Source: an uncultured Clostridia bacterium
GTDB taxonomy: Bacteria > Bacillota > Clostridia > TANB77 > CAG-508
Direction: 5' to 3'
Length of the DNA: 64,000 nt
Assembly: GCA_934121905.1 (NCBI GenBank)
Contig: CAKOVI010000001.1
Span: 24,847 to 88,846 of the forward strand
Position numbers and translations under genes: made by a program. Below the pieces are notes generated by a model. The model was given only the letters and a program-made list of their open reading frames with translations, was not told the DNA's origin and searched no databases. This document shows positions 10,281 to 20,820 of the stretch, piece after piece (positions within the stretch are counted from its first letter, which is position 1; the number at the start of each line of letters is the position of its first letter).

Positions 10281-13200
10281 ATGTTTGATGAAGAAACACT
10301 AGAAAATATAACAATGGAAATGCTACAAAATCTAGAATATGAATGTATAAATGGATATGAAATGGAACGTACAGACTTTTCTAAAGTATTGTTAGAAGAA
10401 GATCTCTTTGATGTAATTGAAAGAATGAATAAAGAAATTGAATTTGAACAGATACAAGAAGTTATAAAAACAATTAGAAATTTAGACAACAACAATACTA
10501 TATTAAACAACAAACAATTTACTAAATATTTACTAGAGGGAATTTCTGTACCGATTCAAGAAGATGGAGAAACCAAATATAAAACTATTAAAATAATAGA
10601 TTTTGAAAATATCCAAAATAATATATTTAAAGCAATTAACCAATATACAATTATTGAACATAGTGAAAAAAGACCAGACATAATTATATTTATAAATGGT
10701 ATGCCTTTAGTTGTTGTTGAATTAAAATCAACAGTAAGAGAAGATGTTAGGTTAATTGATGGATATAATCAATTAAAAGGATATCAAGAAGTACATATAC
10801 CATCACTATTCTATTATAACCAATTTATGATTTTAAGTGATGGAGTACAAGCAAGAGCAGGAACTATTACAAGTCCATGGAGTAGATTCTCAGAATGGAA
10901 AAAAGTAGAAGACACAGATGAAGTATTAGAGAATATGCCTACTCATAAAACATTATTTAATGGAATGCTTAGAAAAGATAGATTATTAGATATTATAAGT
11001 AATTTCATATTGTGGAGTGAAGATAGTAAAATCCTATCAGCATATCACCAATATTTTGGAGTTAAGAAAGCTATAACCAGTACAGAAAATGCAATAGATA
11101 ACAAAACGGGAAAAGCTGGATTACTTTGGCATACACAAGGAAGTGGAAAGAGCTTCTCAATGGTATTTTATACTGGTAATATGATAAAAGTATTAAATAA
11201 TCCAAGTATAGTGGTTGTAACAGATAGAAATGATTTAGACAATCAGTTATTTACAACATTCGCAAAATGCTCTGAATATTTAAAACAAGAACCAGTACAA
11301 ATTGAAAATAGACAAGATTTAAACGAAAAATTAGAAGGAAGAAAATCTGGTGGAATATTTTTTACTACATTACAGAAATTTGAAGAAGAAACAGGAGTAT
11401 TTAGCCAAAGAGATGATATTTTAGTTTTAGTAGATGAAGCTCATAGAAGCCATTATGGATTAGATGCAACAATAAAATTCGATAAAGCTAAAATGGAAGC
11501 ATATAAAAAATATGGAACAGCTAAGTATTTGCATGATGCTTTCCCAAATGCAACATATATTGGATTTACAGGAACGCCTGTTGAAACAAAGGACAGGTCA
11601 ACAACAAATGTATTTGGAAATATAATAGATACTTATGATATGACACAAGCAATTATGGATGGTGCAACGGTGCCAATTATGTATGAATCAAGAATGGCAA
11701 GAGTTGGACTAAATCAAAAGATATTAGATGAGATAGATGATTACTACAATATGCTTGAAACAGAAGAAGGTATTGATGACTATAAAATAGCAGAATCTAA
11801 AAAAGCAATGGCTACAATGAAACAAATAATAGAAGATCCAGATAGACTAGAAATGATAGTTAAAGATATTATAAAGCATTATGAGGAAATAGAAACAAGT
11901 GTGGCTAATAAAGCAATGGTTGTAGCATATTCAAGACAATCTGCATTTACAATGTATAACAAATTCTTAGAACTTAGACCAGAATGGAAAAACAAAGTCA
12001 ATATGATAATAACATCTAATAATAAAGATGATGAAGAAATGCAAAAAGCAATAGGTTCTAAGAAAGATAAAAAGCAATTAGAAGTAGATTTTAAAGATAT
12101 GGAGTCTAGCTTCAAAATTGCAATAGTTGTAGATATGTGGTTAACAGGATTTGATGTGCCTGGACTTGGAACAATGTATGTGGACAAACCTATGAAAGCT
12201 CATAATTTAATGCAAGCAATTGCAAGGGTAAACAGAGTTTATAAAGATAAAACTGGTGGTTTAATTGTTGATTACATAGGACTAAAAAGATGGTTGCTAG
12301 ATGCATTGAAAACATATACAAAGAGAGACCAAGGCAAGATTGTAGATAATAGTGAATTAGTAAAAGTTTTAAATGATAAAGTAGAACTAATAAGAGATTT
12401 ATTTAAAGGATTCTACTATGGACACTTTGCTACAACAACAGATAGTGATAAATACGAAATAATAATGGCAGGTGCAAACAGGATGCTAGAAACAGAAGAA
12501 AAGAAAAAAGCATTTATGAAATATAGTTATGATGTAAAAAGTTTGTATGCATTATGTACAGGAGCTTTATCACAAGAATTAAAAGATGAAATATTATTTT
12601 TCATAGCTGTAAGATCATTTATATCAAAATTAAGTGGAGATAAAATAGACGTTAAAGAGATAAATGATAATGTAGCAAAAATGTTAGAAAGAGCAATACA
12701 AGATGATGAAATGCTACAAATAGGTGAAGTACATAACAGCAATCAATTAGCGCTATTAAGTAATGAGATTTTAAATAAGTTAGCAAAAATGCAGAAGAAA
12801 AACATTGCAGTTGAGGTATTAAATAGAGCATTAAAAGAGTATGTAAATCAAATAGGGAGACAAAATGTTGTTATGATGGAAAAGTTCTCAACAAAGTTTC
12901 AAAAAATTGCAGCAACATATAATGAGAGGACAAGTGTAGAAGATATACAAAAAATAATTGAAGAATTAATAAACTTAAAAAATGAAATTGAAGAAGAATT
13001 AAAAGCAGGAAATGAATTTAATTTGTCATCAGAAGAAAAAGCATTCTTTGATGCGTTAGGTGATGATCCAGAAGTTAAAGAACTAATGAAAGATGAAATC
13101 CTAGTTCAAATAGCAAAAGAACTTGTAGAAACGGTTAATAGTAATATGACTATAGATTGGGATATTAGAAAAGATGCAAGAGCCAAAATGAGAATTGAAA

Positions 13201-13307
13201 TTAAGAAGCTTTTAATTAAATATAATTATCCACCTAACAAAAGTGAAAAAGCAGTTCAAACTGTTATAAGACAAGCTGAGTTAAAATGTAAAGAGATGAT
13301 AGGATAA
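10281..13307 (+). CDS. hsdR: Type I restriction enzyme R subunit (SF2 helicase/endonuclease)
   Basis: 1008 aa with Walker A LWHTQGSGKS, DEAH box VLVDEAHRS, helicase motif VI QAIARVNR and an N-terminal HsdR_N-type nuclease region. Confidence 0.9.
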   Translation: MFDEETLENITMEMLQNLEYECINGYEMERTDFSKVLLEEDLFDVIERMNKEIEFEQIQEVIKTIRNLDNNNTILNNKQFTKYLLEGISVPIQEDGETKYKTIKIIDFENIQNNIFKAINQYTIIEHSEKRPDIIIFINGMPLVVVELKSTVREDVRLIDGYNQLKGYQEVHIPSLFYYNQFMILSDGVQARAGTITSPWSRFSEWKKVEDTDEVLENMPTHKTLFNGMLRKDRLLDIISNFILWSEDSKILSAYHQYFGVKKAITSTENAIDNKTGKAGLLWHTQGSGKSFSMVFYTGNMIKVLNNPSIVVVTDRNDLDNQLFTTFAKCSEYLKQEPVQIENRQDLNEKLEGRKSGGIFFTTLQKFEEETGVFSQRDDILVLVDEAHRSHYGLDATIKFDKAKMEAYKKYGTAKYLHDAFPNATYIGFTGTPVETKDRSTTNVFGNIIDTYDMTQAIMDGATVPIMYESRMARVGLNQKILDEIDDYYNMLETEEGIDDYKIAESKKAMATMKQIIEDPDRLEMIVKDIIKHYEEIETSVANKAMVVAYSRQSAFTMYNKFLELRPEWKNKVNMIITSNNKDDEEMQKAIGSKKDKKQLEVDFKDMESSFKIAIVVDMWLTGFDVPGLGTMYVDKPMKAHNLMQAIARVNRVYKDKTGGLIVDYIGLKRWLLDALKTYTKRDQGKIVDNSELVKVLNDKVELIRDLFKGFYYGHFATTTDSDKYEIIMAGANRMLETEEKKKAFMKYSYDVKSLYALCTGALSQELKDEILFFIAVRSFISKLSGDKIDVKEINDNVAKMLERAIQDDEMLQIGEVHNSNQLALLSNEILNKLAKMQKKNIAVEVLNRALKEYVNQIGRQNVVMMEKFSTKFQKIAATYNERTSVEDIQKIIEELINLKNEIEEELKAGNEFNLSSEEKAFFDALGDDPEVKELMKDEILVQIAKELVETVNSNMTIDWDIRKDARAKMRIEIKKLLIKYNYPPNKSEKAVQTVIRQAELKCKEMIG

Positions 13308-14171
13308 ATGAATAATGAAATAAAGGATGTTTTTGAGGATATAAACAATATATTTATAAACAAATTACAAGAAGCTCGAGAAAAGACAAATGATTCTATA
13401 GAAATTGAATTATTCAATGATTGTATTGATACTTATAAACGTGCATATAGGCTAGTAGATAATAATAGATTATTGGATGGAATAGTTCTAACAAGGAATG
13501 CATTTGAATTAATGATGATGCTATTTGGAATTAGAATAGATGCAAATGTAAGAAAAGAATATTGTAAAGAAGATAGTTATGAGTGTTATCTTGAAAGAAG
13601 AAAGATAAATAAAAAAGCAAAGGATTATTTATCACAAAGTTATTTAAGAAAAATAATATTAAAAAAATATGAGAACATAGAAGAAGATTATAACAAAATA
13701 TATAATGTCTTATCTAAATTTGCTCATCCAACAATTCATAGGAATATGCTAAGATTTTTTGAAAGAGAAAAAACAGATGTCGCTTTATTATATCTTAATG
13801 TAATAATGGTTTTACCAATTTTATTTTTAGAAATACTTTATGAAGAAAATATAATAGTTGATGAAACTTTTCGAGATTTAGCAATATTTAAATATATTAT
13901 AGAAAAGCTTACTTTAATTTATTTTTACAATTATGTGGATAAAGATAAACTAAAAGAGGCAAATAAATATGCATTTTTAGATATTAATAAAGATTATTAT
14001 AATAAGATGGAAGATATAATAAAAAAAGAGCTCAAAGAAATTGAAAAAGAATCAATAGATAATCAAGAAAAATATAAACAAGCAATAGAAAAAGTTTTGT
14101 CAAAAGTTGAATATTATAATATTGCTAAAAAATTAAAAGATTTAAAGCTAATTAATGGAGAGAAAGAATGA
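13308..14171 (+). CDS. Hypothetical protein directly coupled to the hsdR stop (possible Abi-like accessory gene)
   Basis: 287 aa. Its start overlaps the hsdR stop (TAAATG). No confident domain. Confidence 0.45.
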   Translation: MNNEIKDVFEDINNIFINKLQEAREKTNDSIEIELFNDCIDTYKRAYRLVDNNRLLDGIVLTRNAFELMMMLFGIRIDANVRKEYCKEDSYECYLERRKINKKAKDYLSQSYLRKIILKKYENIEEDYNKIYNVLSKFAHPTIHRNMLRFFEREKTDVALLYLNVIMVLPILFLEILYEENIIVDETFRDLAIFKYIIEKLTLIYFYNYVDKDKLKEANKYAFLDINKDYYNKMEDIIKKELKEIEKESIDNQEKYKQAIEKVLSKVEYYNIAKKLKDLKLINGEKE

Positions 14172-14434
14172 AAATAAAATGTTTGAATTGTAATGAAATT
14201 ATTAAATCAAAATACAGACATGACTTGGTAAGCTGTAAATGTAATAATTGTTATATTGATGGTGGACAAGATTACTTACATTTTGGTGGAAATGATTTTA
14301 ATAAAATCTTAATTATTTTTGATGATGGTACAGAGATATTAGCAAGTGATAAAGAGGAATACAAAAACAAATATGATGAATGGGAAGATAATAGGATAAA
14401 GGAGTTAGCTAATAATGAAAGCATTAACAATTAA
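14168..14434 (+). CDS. Small zinc-ribbon protein
   Basis: 88 aa with CLNCN...CKCNNC Cys pairs. It overlaps the neighbouring genes by 4 nt on each side. Confidence 0.45.
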   Translation: MKIKCLNCNEIIKSKYRHDLVSCKCNNCYIDGGQDYLHFGGNDFNKILIIFDDGTEILASDKEEYKNKYDEWEDNRIKELANNESINN

Positions 14435-14798
14435 ACAGCCTTGGGCAACTTTAATAATGCAAGGTGATAAAAGATTTGAATTTAGAAGTTGGCAAACAAA
14501 ATATAGAGGAGATTTATTAATACATGCAGGAAAAGGTATAGATAAAGAAGCAATGAAAAGATTAGAAAAATATCTTCCAAAAGAATTACCATATGGAAAA
14601 ATTTTAGGGAAAGTAAAATTAGTAGATTGTATAAAGATGTCTCCAGAATTCAAAGAATTATTGTTAAAAGAAAATAGAGATATTTATACTAAAAGTTCTT
14701 TTCAAGAAAACTATGGATGGCAAGTGTCAGATGTTGAAGTATTTGAAAATCCAATAGATGTAAAAGGTCATTTAAGTTTATGGGAATATAACATGTAA
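14415..14798 (+). CDS. ASCH domain protein
   Basis: LTIKQPWATLI is the hallmark N-terminal ASCH motif. A terminator hairpin follows at 14808-14868. Confidence 0.7.
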   Translation: MKALTIKQPWATLIMQGDKRFEFRSWQTKYRGDLLIHAGKGIDKEAMKRLEKYLPKELPYGKILGKVKLVDCIKMSPEFKELLLKENRDIYTKSSFQENYGWQVSDVEVFENPIDVKGHLSLWEYNM

Positions 14799-14897
14799 AA
14801 AAATAAAAATATCAATAAAATTTGAGAAATTTTCTCGAAAATATTGATATTTTTTAAATTTTAGCATATAATATATAAAGTAAAGGAGGATTTTAAA

Positions 14898-16133
14898 ATG
14901 TTAATAAGATTTAGTTTTAAAAATTTCAAATCTTTTAAAAATGAAAATTGTTTAGATATGGAAGCAACATCACTAAAAGAACATGAATATAATGTTGCTA
15001 AAATTGATAATGGTGAATATTTAAAAGTATCTGCAATTTATGGCGCTAATGCTAGTGGAAAAACTAATGTGTTACAGGCTTTTGATTATATGAAAAAGAG
15101 AATATTAGTAAGTGATGACTCTAAAAAGAATTCTCCAATAGATGAAGAAAATGTATATAGCTTTATGATAAATAATGATCCAATTGCTTTAGAAGTAGAA
15201 ATATTAGCCAAAAACAATAAAATATATAAGTATGGTTTTGAAGTTTTAAAAGATACAATAATTTCAGAGTGGCTATTTGAAAAAAGAGTAAATAAATTTT
15301 ATTCTATTTTTGAAAGAGAGAATAATAATGTATCAATGAAACCTAATAAAATTTCAGATTTAGTAAATATAGATGAAAGAACATTATTCTTAAATATATA
15401 TAGCAAAATAGATAGAAATAACGAAGATTTTAGTAATGTATATGATTGGTTTGTAAACAGCACATATTTAGATTTAGGTAATCCTAATTTTGAAAGATTT
15501 ATTAATAATAGAGTTTCTTTAAAAATATTAAGTGATGAAAATTATAAAAAAGAATTATTAAAATTCATAAAAACTTTTGATTCTGGAATCGAAGGAATAA
15601 AAACCACGCCAGATTTAATTGAAGCTGTAAAAAGCAATAACGGAATAATAGACATTGAAGTTATTCATAAAGGAGAAAAAGGAGAAGTGAAAGCATTACC
15701 ATTTTATTTGGAATCTAATGGTACTAGAAAAATGTTCCATTTATTTGATTTCTTTATGGATGCATTAAAAAATGGTATGGTATTATTTGTAGATGAATTA
15801 GATGCAAAATTACATCCGCTATTAACAAGATATATTATTAATTTATTCCACAATAGTGATACAAATAAAGGTAATGGTCAGTTAATATATTCAACACATG
15901 ATACAGTAAATTTAAATAAAGAAACATTTAGAAGAGATGAAATTTGGTTTGCAGAAAAGGATAAAGATGGTATTTCAGAGATATATGCATTATCTGATTA
16001 TATACTAGAAGATGATAAGAATGCAGGTAAAAAAGTAAGAAACGATGCAACATACAATAAAGATTATTTAACTGGAAGATATGGTGCTATTCCAGTATTA
16101 GAAGAATTCGAAATAGATTATGAAAAAAAATAA
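14898..16133 (+). CDS. AAA_21/ABC-type ATPase of an AbiL-like (AbiLi) abortive-infection pair
   Basis: Walker A IYGANASGKTN, Walker B VLFVDELDAKLHP and the motif STHD. It overlaps the downstream RloB-like gene. Confidence 0.65.
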   Translation: MLIRFSFKNFKSFKNENCLDMEATSLKEHEYNVAKIDNGEYLKVSAIYGANASGKTNVLQAFDYMKKRILVSDDSKKNSPIDEENVYSFMINNDPIALEVEILAKNNKIYKYGFEVLKDTIISEWLFEKRVNKFYSIFERENNNVSMKPNKISDLVNIDERTLFLNIYSKIDRNNEDFSNVYDWFVNSTYLDLGNPNFERFINNRVSLKILSDENYKKELLKFIKTFDSGIEGIKTTPDLIEAVKSNNGIIDIEVIHKGEKGEVKALPFYLESNGTRKMFHLFDFFMDALKNGMVLFVDELDAKLHPLLTRYIINLFHNSDTNKGNGQLIYSTHDTVNLNKETFRRDEIWFAEKDKDGISEIYALSDYILEDDKNAGKKVRNDATYNKDYLTGRYGAIPVLEEFEIDYEKK

Positions 16134-16761
16134 TATTTCAAGGAAAGACAGATTAAAAAGTAAAAGGCAAGCACCAGCTAATTACTTGATTGTGTGTGAA
16201 GGAAAGAAAACAGAACCTAATTACTTTAATGGACTAAAAAGAAAAATCAATGAAAGGTATGGAAATAAGGTAGATGTTTTAATTCCGAATATTGATGTAA
16301 AAGGAACAGGAATGAATACTACATCTTTAGTAAAGTATACTCAAAAAACAGTTAACCATGCAAATAAGGTATATGGACAAGTCTGGGTAGTATTCGATAA
16401 AGATGATTATAACGATGAACAATTTGATTCTGCAATAAAAAACTGTGATTACAATGTTGCTTGGTCTAATCCAAACTTTGAACTTTGGTTATTAGCACAT
16501 TTTAAGAAAGTGAATAGATATATTTCAAAAGATGATGTTTTACAAGAACTTAGCAAAGAATTTCAGAAAAAAGGTTTAGGTGATTATACTAAAAACGATA
16601 CAAATATATTTGATAAGGTTACAAGTGAGGGAAAGCTACATACAGCAATAAAAAATTGTGAATATATGGAAAAATTAAATAAAGATGGACAAGCATCACA
16701 AAGAAATCCAATGACTAAAGTTTATAAAATAGTTGATGGATTAAAAGAGTATTTAGAATAA
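16120..16761 (+). CDS. RloB-like/TOPRIM protein (AbiLii-like partner)
   Basis: LIVCEGKKTEPNYF matches the RloB family N-terminus, and VVFDKDD supplies the TOPRIM acidic motif. It is coupled to the upstream ATPase. Confidence 0.65.
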   Translation: MKKNNISRKDRLKSKRQAPANYLIVCEGKKTEPNYFNGLKRKINERYGNKVDVLIPNIDVKGTGMNTTSLVKYTQKTVNHANKVYGQVWVVFDKDDYNDEQFDSAIKNCDYNVAWSNPNFELWLLAHFKKVNRYISKDDVLQELSKEFQKKGLGDYTKNDTNIFDKVTSEGKLHTAIKNCEYMEKLNKDGQASQRNPMTKVYKIVDGLKEYLE

Positions 16762-16900
16762 GGTTACAAATGAAAAGCAAAGTATGAAAGTAATTAAAAA
16801 TTACAGGATTATTTTGCTTTTTTGATAATAAATTACAAGTTTCGACAAAATTTTTGTAAATCCTATGATATATAAATATAAATATGAAAGGAGATATTAT

Positions 16901-18745
16901 ATGTGGTTAGATAATGCGAGCAAATTGGATATGCTGTTTTATGAACCTTATGCTGATTTAATAAAAGAGATAATTGAGGATGGCGAATATAATCCGCTTA
17001 CTATAGGAATTTTTGGTTTATGGGGAGCTGGAAAATCTACTTTATTAAATTTAATAAAAGATTCTATTAATAAAGATAATATAGAATGCATTGAAATAAA
17101 TGCATGGATGTTTGAAGGATACGAAGATGCTAAAACTGCTCTAATGGAATCATTGCTAAAAACAATGGAAAGTAATGAGAAAATTATAAAAAAGGCTGGA
17201 ACAGAAATAAAAGCACTTTTAAAAAGGGTAAACTGGTTAAAGTTAGGAACAAAAGCTATATCGTATGCAGCACCTTTAATTGCAAGTATTGGTATGGCAA
17301 ACCCAATTCCTCTTTTATTAAATGTTGCTAATGAGACTGTAAATGACAAAGAAAAGCTTTCTAAAGCCATAAGTAATGCAGCAGATGGAGTAGATAACAT
17401 AAGGGAAAATTACCTAAATGAAAAAGAAAAAAGTACTGTAGAAAATATAAGACAATTTAAAACAGAATTTGAATCTATGCTAAAAAAGACAGAAATTAAT
17501 AATTTGGTTGTACTAATAGATGATTTGGATAGATGCAATCCTGAGAGAATAATAGAGACATTAGAAGCTATAAAACTTTTTTTATCTGTTGAGAATACAA
17601 CATTTATAATTGCGGCAGATGAAAATGTTATTCAATATGCTATAAAGAAGAAATATCCTAAGACAAATGATAGTGAGCCTGATATTTCGAAGGAATATAT
17701 TGAAAAAATAATACAATTGCCAATATACATACCAGAGTTATCATCAAAAGATATAGAAAACTATTTATTATTACTTGTATGTCAAAAATACTTAACAAAA
17801 GAAAGTTTTAAAATTTTACTAGATGATATATACAATAGCAAAATTCTAATAAGAGAGAAAGAGATAACATTAAGTGAATTACATGGACTTATCAATAAAA
17901 TAGCAAATTTAAAGTATAAAAATGATTCAAAGTTTGAATTCGAAAAAGATATAGAAATTATAAATAAAATAAAAAGTATAATTTCGTATACATTAAAGGG
18001 TAATCCTAGACAAGCAAAGAGATTTTTAAATACATTTATAACAAAGAAAAAATTAGCTGAGAATTATTTTGGAGAAGATATTGATATAGAGATTCTTGCG
18101 AAATTATTAGTTTTACAAAAATTAGATATTAGGTTATTTAAACTTTTAAATGAATGGAATAAAAATTTTACAACTAAAAATGAAGAATTTGAAAATTTAT
18201 ATAAAGCATTTGAAAAAGATGATTTATCTGCGTACAAACTTTGGGATACAATACAAATAAAAAAATGGCTGAAATGCGAACCAATTGATTTAGCAAAAGA
18301 AAGATTAGATAAGTACTTTTACTTGACAAGAGAATTATTAGTTGAAAAGCCGAACGAAAACAATATTGATACAGAGACAAGAGAAATATTATCAGAAATT
18401 GGAAAATCAAAGGCTTATAACATAGACAATATAATAGATAAATTTAAAGAGTTAGAACCTAGTCAAATTAAAGAAGGATTTAATATATTATTACCGCAAA
18501 TAAAAGATGGAAAATTAGAAAATTTTATAGTAAAGACACTATTTGTAAAATTCCCTGAATATAGAAAATCTATTAGTGCTGAAATAAAAAATGGAGAATA
18601 TGCAATAGGTATAGCAGATATTCCATTATATAAAACAATGTATAATAATGATAAAGTAGAAATAAAAGCTTGCTTAGCAAATTTAAAAGCAAATGGTAGA
18701 ATATCAGAAAAATTATATGAAAAAATTGTAGAAGGAGATGAATAA
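16901..18745 (+). CDS. qatA: KAP-family P-loop NTPase, QatA
   Basis: GIFGLWGAGKSTLL is the KAP GxWGxGKS P-loop, and LIDDLDRCNPERI is the KAP Walker B/DRC motif. It is the first gene of the four-gene Qat arrangement. Confidence 0.8.
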   Translation: MWLDNASKLDMLFYEPYADLIKEIIEDGEYNPLTIGIFGLWGAGKSTLLNLIKDSINKDNIECIEINAWMFEGYEDAKTALMESLLKTMESNEKIIKKAGTEIKALLKRVNWLKLGTKAISYAAPLIASIGMANPIPLLLNVANETVNDKEKLSKAISNAADGVDNIRENYLNEKEKSTVENIRQFKTEFESMLKKTEINNLVVLIDDLDRCNPERIIETLEAIKLFLSVENTTFIIAADENVIQYAIKKKYPKTNDSEPDISKEYIEKIIQLPIYIPELSSKDIENYLLLLVCQKYLTKESFKILLDDIYNSKILIREKEITLSELHGLINKIANLKYKNDSKFEFEKDIEIINKIKSIISYTLKGNPRQAKRFLNTFITKKKLAENYFGEDIDIEILAKLLVLQKLDIRLFKLLNEWNKNFTTKNEEFENLYKAFEKDDLSAYKLWDTIQIKKWLKCEPIDLAKERLDKYFYLTRELLVEKPNENNIDTETREILSEIGKSKAYNIDNIIDKFKELEPSQIKEGFNILLPQIKDGKLENFIVKTLFVKFPEYRKSISAEIKNGEYAIGIADIPLYKTMYNNDKVEIKACLANLKANGRISEKLYEKIVEGDE

Positions 18746-18748
18746 AAA

Positions 18749-19432
18749 ATGGGAACATCTAAAGGATATATAATGCCAACAAAGAAAAATTGGACAGATG
18801 CAAAAAGAGCTGCAACGCAACTTTCCAAAAATGATAATTTAGATAATAGAATAAAGCTAGCAAATAAATATGCTACAGCAATGAAACAAGATTTAACTAC
18901 AAGTTCAGATAGAACAAGTACAGTAATAGGAAAAGTATTAGGATTAGGCCAAAGTTTAAAAAATCAAGGTATAGAAAAAACATTAAAAGATTTAGGCAAA
19001 GAGTATTTAATGGATAAGTCACCTGAGGAAATATTAGATATATTAATGGGAGAATATTCAGAATATGGTAACACAAAAGATAATTATTTAGCAAGTGATG
19101 CCTTAAGTATTGCATTAAAAGAATTAGAGATAAACACGATAGAAGATTTATCAAATATATCTATAGATACATTATTAAAAGAAATATTAATAAATTATGT
19201 AGATTTAAATTTTAAATTTAGATTTGAAGAACAAATCATTAAAAAATCTCCCACAACAGCAAATAAAATAGTAGAAGATATGAGCGGATATATAAAAAAC
19301 AAATTAAGAGAGGAATTAAATGTCGTAGATATGGAAAAAATTGATTTTAATAATTTAAATAATAATAAAATAATAGATGATAAAATTAAAGAAGCCTATG
19401 ATATATTTAAAGATTTATATGGAGAGGAGTAG
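18749..19432 (+). CDS. qatB: QatB (small protein of unknown function)
   Basis: 227 aa located between the KAP NTPase and QueC-like genes, as in QatABCD systems. Confidence 0.6.
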   Translation: MGTSKGYIMPTKKNWTDAKRAATQLSKNDNLDNRIKLANKYATAMKQDLTTSSDRTSTVIGKVLGLGQSLKNQGIEKTLKDLGKEYLMDKSPEEILDILMGEYSEYGNTKDNYLASDALSIALKELEINTIEDLSNISIDTLLKEILINYVDLNFKFRFEEQIIKKSPTTANKIVEDMSGYIKNKLREELNVVDMEKIDFNNLNNNKIIDDKIKEAYDIFKDLYGEE

Positions 19433-19436
19433 TAGT

Positions 19437-20819
19437 ATGAGAATATGGATAAATAAAAACAAAATACTAGAAGAACAAGATGAAAAATTTTATAATGCCT
19501 ATGAATTTTCAATAAAAAGAAATGAATACAGTACAATGTATACACATATGGATTATGTATGGAGACAATTTGGTATACAAAAGTTAGATTCCATATATGA
19601 AGATTTATTTATAGTAGGGATGTCTGTATTTAGCATAGATAAGAGAATTTCCAGAACTTTATTTGATGATAATTGGACAAGAAGCTTTGAAGTATCTATT
19701 CCAGTATTAGAATTAAATAAATGGAATAGTGTAAAAGATAAATTAAATGAGACATTAACGTTTTTAACTGGAGATATTTGGAACATAGAATTTAGAAAAA
19801 CTGAAGAAATTTACATGGAATGTAATAGTAGTTTGAATAGAAGAAACAGACTAAATAAATCTGATTATAATGCTGTATCGCTTTTTTCAGGAGGGTTAGA
19901 TTCATTTTGTGGAGCTATAGAATTAATGGAACAAGGTAATTCATTATGCTTGGTTGGACATAATGAATATCCAAAATTGCGTGTCAAACAGGAAGAATTG
20001 GCACAAGCAATTAATAATGAGTATCCATCGCAAAAGTGTAAATTTATAAGCTTTTCTGCAAATTCATATGCACCTGCTAATAAAGATGGAAAGATAGAAA
20101 AGAATGAAAATACATCGAGAGGTAGATCTTTTTTATTTTTATGTATGGCAATCACTATAGCTGGGATTATAGGAGATGAAGCTTTTGTATATATACCAGA
20201 AAATGGATTCATAGGATTAAATATCCCTTTAACTAATAGTAGAAAAGGGAGTTGTAGTACAAGAACAACGCATCCATATTTTATAGGTAATTTTAATGAA
20301 ATATTAGCGGGAATTGGAATAAAAAATAAAGTTACAAATATATTTGCTTATAAAAGTAAAAGAGAAATTGTTAATAATGTAAAAGATAATATTATATTTA
20401 AACAACATGCAAAAGATACTATATCTTGTTCACATCCATGTATAACCAGATATAACAAAAATGGCGATAAAGAATATCCTGTTAATTGTGGATATTGTTA
20501 TCCGTGTTTAATAAGAAAAAGCTCTCTTATTGATGCGAAAAATATTAGCGAACATTATACATATCCTATTATAGATTCAGACTTTTTAAGAAGTTTTGAA
20601 GGAAGAGATATTACAAATGATACTAGAGCTGTTTTTAGTAGTATATATAGATATAATAATATAGACGAAAAAGAACTTTCTAGATTAATTAAATGTTCAG
20701 GAAAGTTGATAAATAGTGATATTGAAAAATTCAAAAATGTATACAAAAAAACAATGAATGATTTAATTGAAATATTTTCAAAAGATCAAGAGATGAAAAA
20801 ATATATAGGAATGGAGTAA
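19437..20819 (+). CDS. qatC: QueC-like PP-loop ATPase, QatC
   Basis: SLFSGGLDSF is the SGGxDS PP-loop. C-terminal Cys cluster CGYCYPCLIRK. The ATG at 19437 follows the RBS ggagaggag. Confidence 0.8.
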   Translation: MRIWINKNKILEEQDEKFYNAYEFSIKRNEYSTMYTHMDYVWRQFGIQKLDSIYEDLFIVGMSVFSIDKRISRTLFDDNWTRSFEVSIPVLELNKWNSVKDKLNETLTFLTGDIWNIEFRKTEEIYMECNSSLNRRNRLNKSDYNAVSLFSGGLDSFCGAIELMEQGNSLCLVGHNEYPKLRVKQEELAQAINNEYPSQKCKFISFSANSYAPANKDGKIEKNENTSRGRSFLFLCMAITIAGIIGDEAFVYIPENGFIGLNIPLTNSRKGSCSTRTTHPYFIGNFNEILAGIGIKNKVTNIFAYKSKREIVNNVKDNIIFKQHAKDTISCSHPCITRYNKNGDKEYPVNCGYCYPCLIRKSSLIDAKNISEHYTYPIIDSDFLRSFEGRDITNDTRAVFSSIYRYNNIDEKELSRLIKCSGKLINSDIEKFKNVYKKTMNDLIEIFSKDQEMKKYIGME

Positions 20820-20820
20820 T

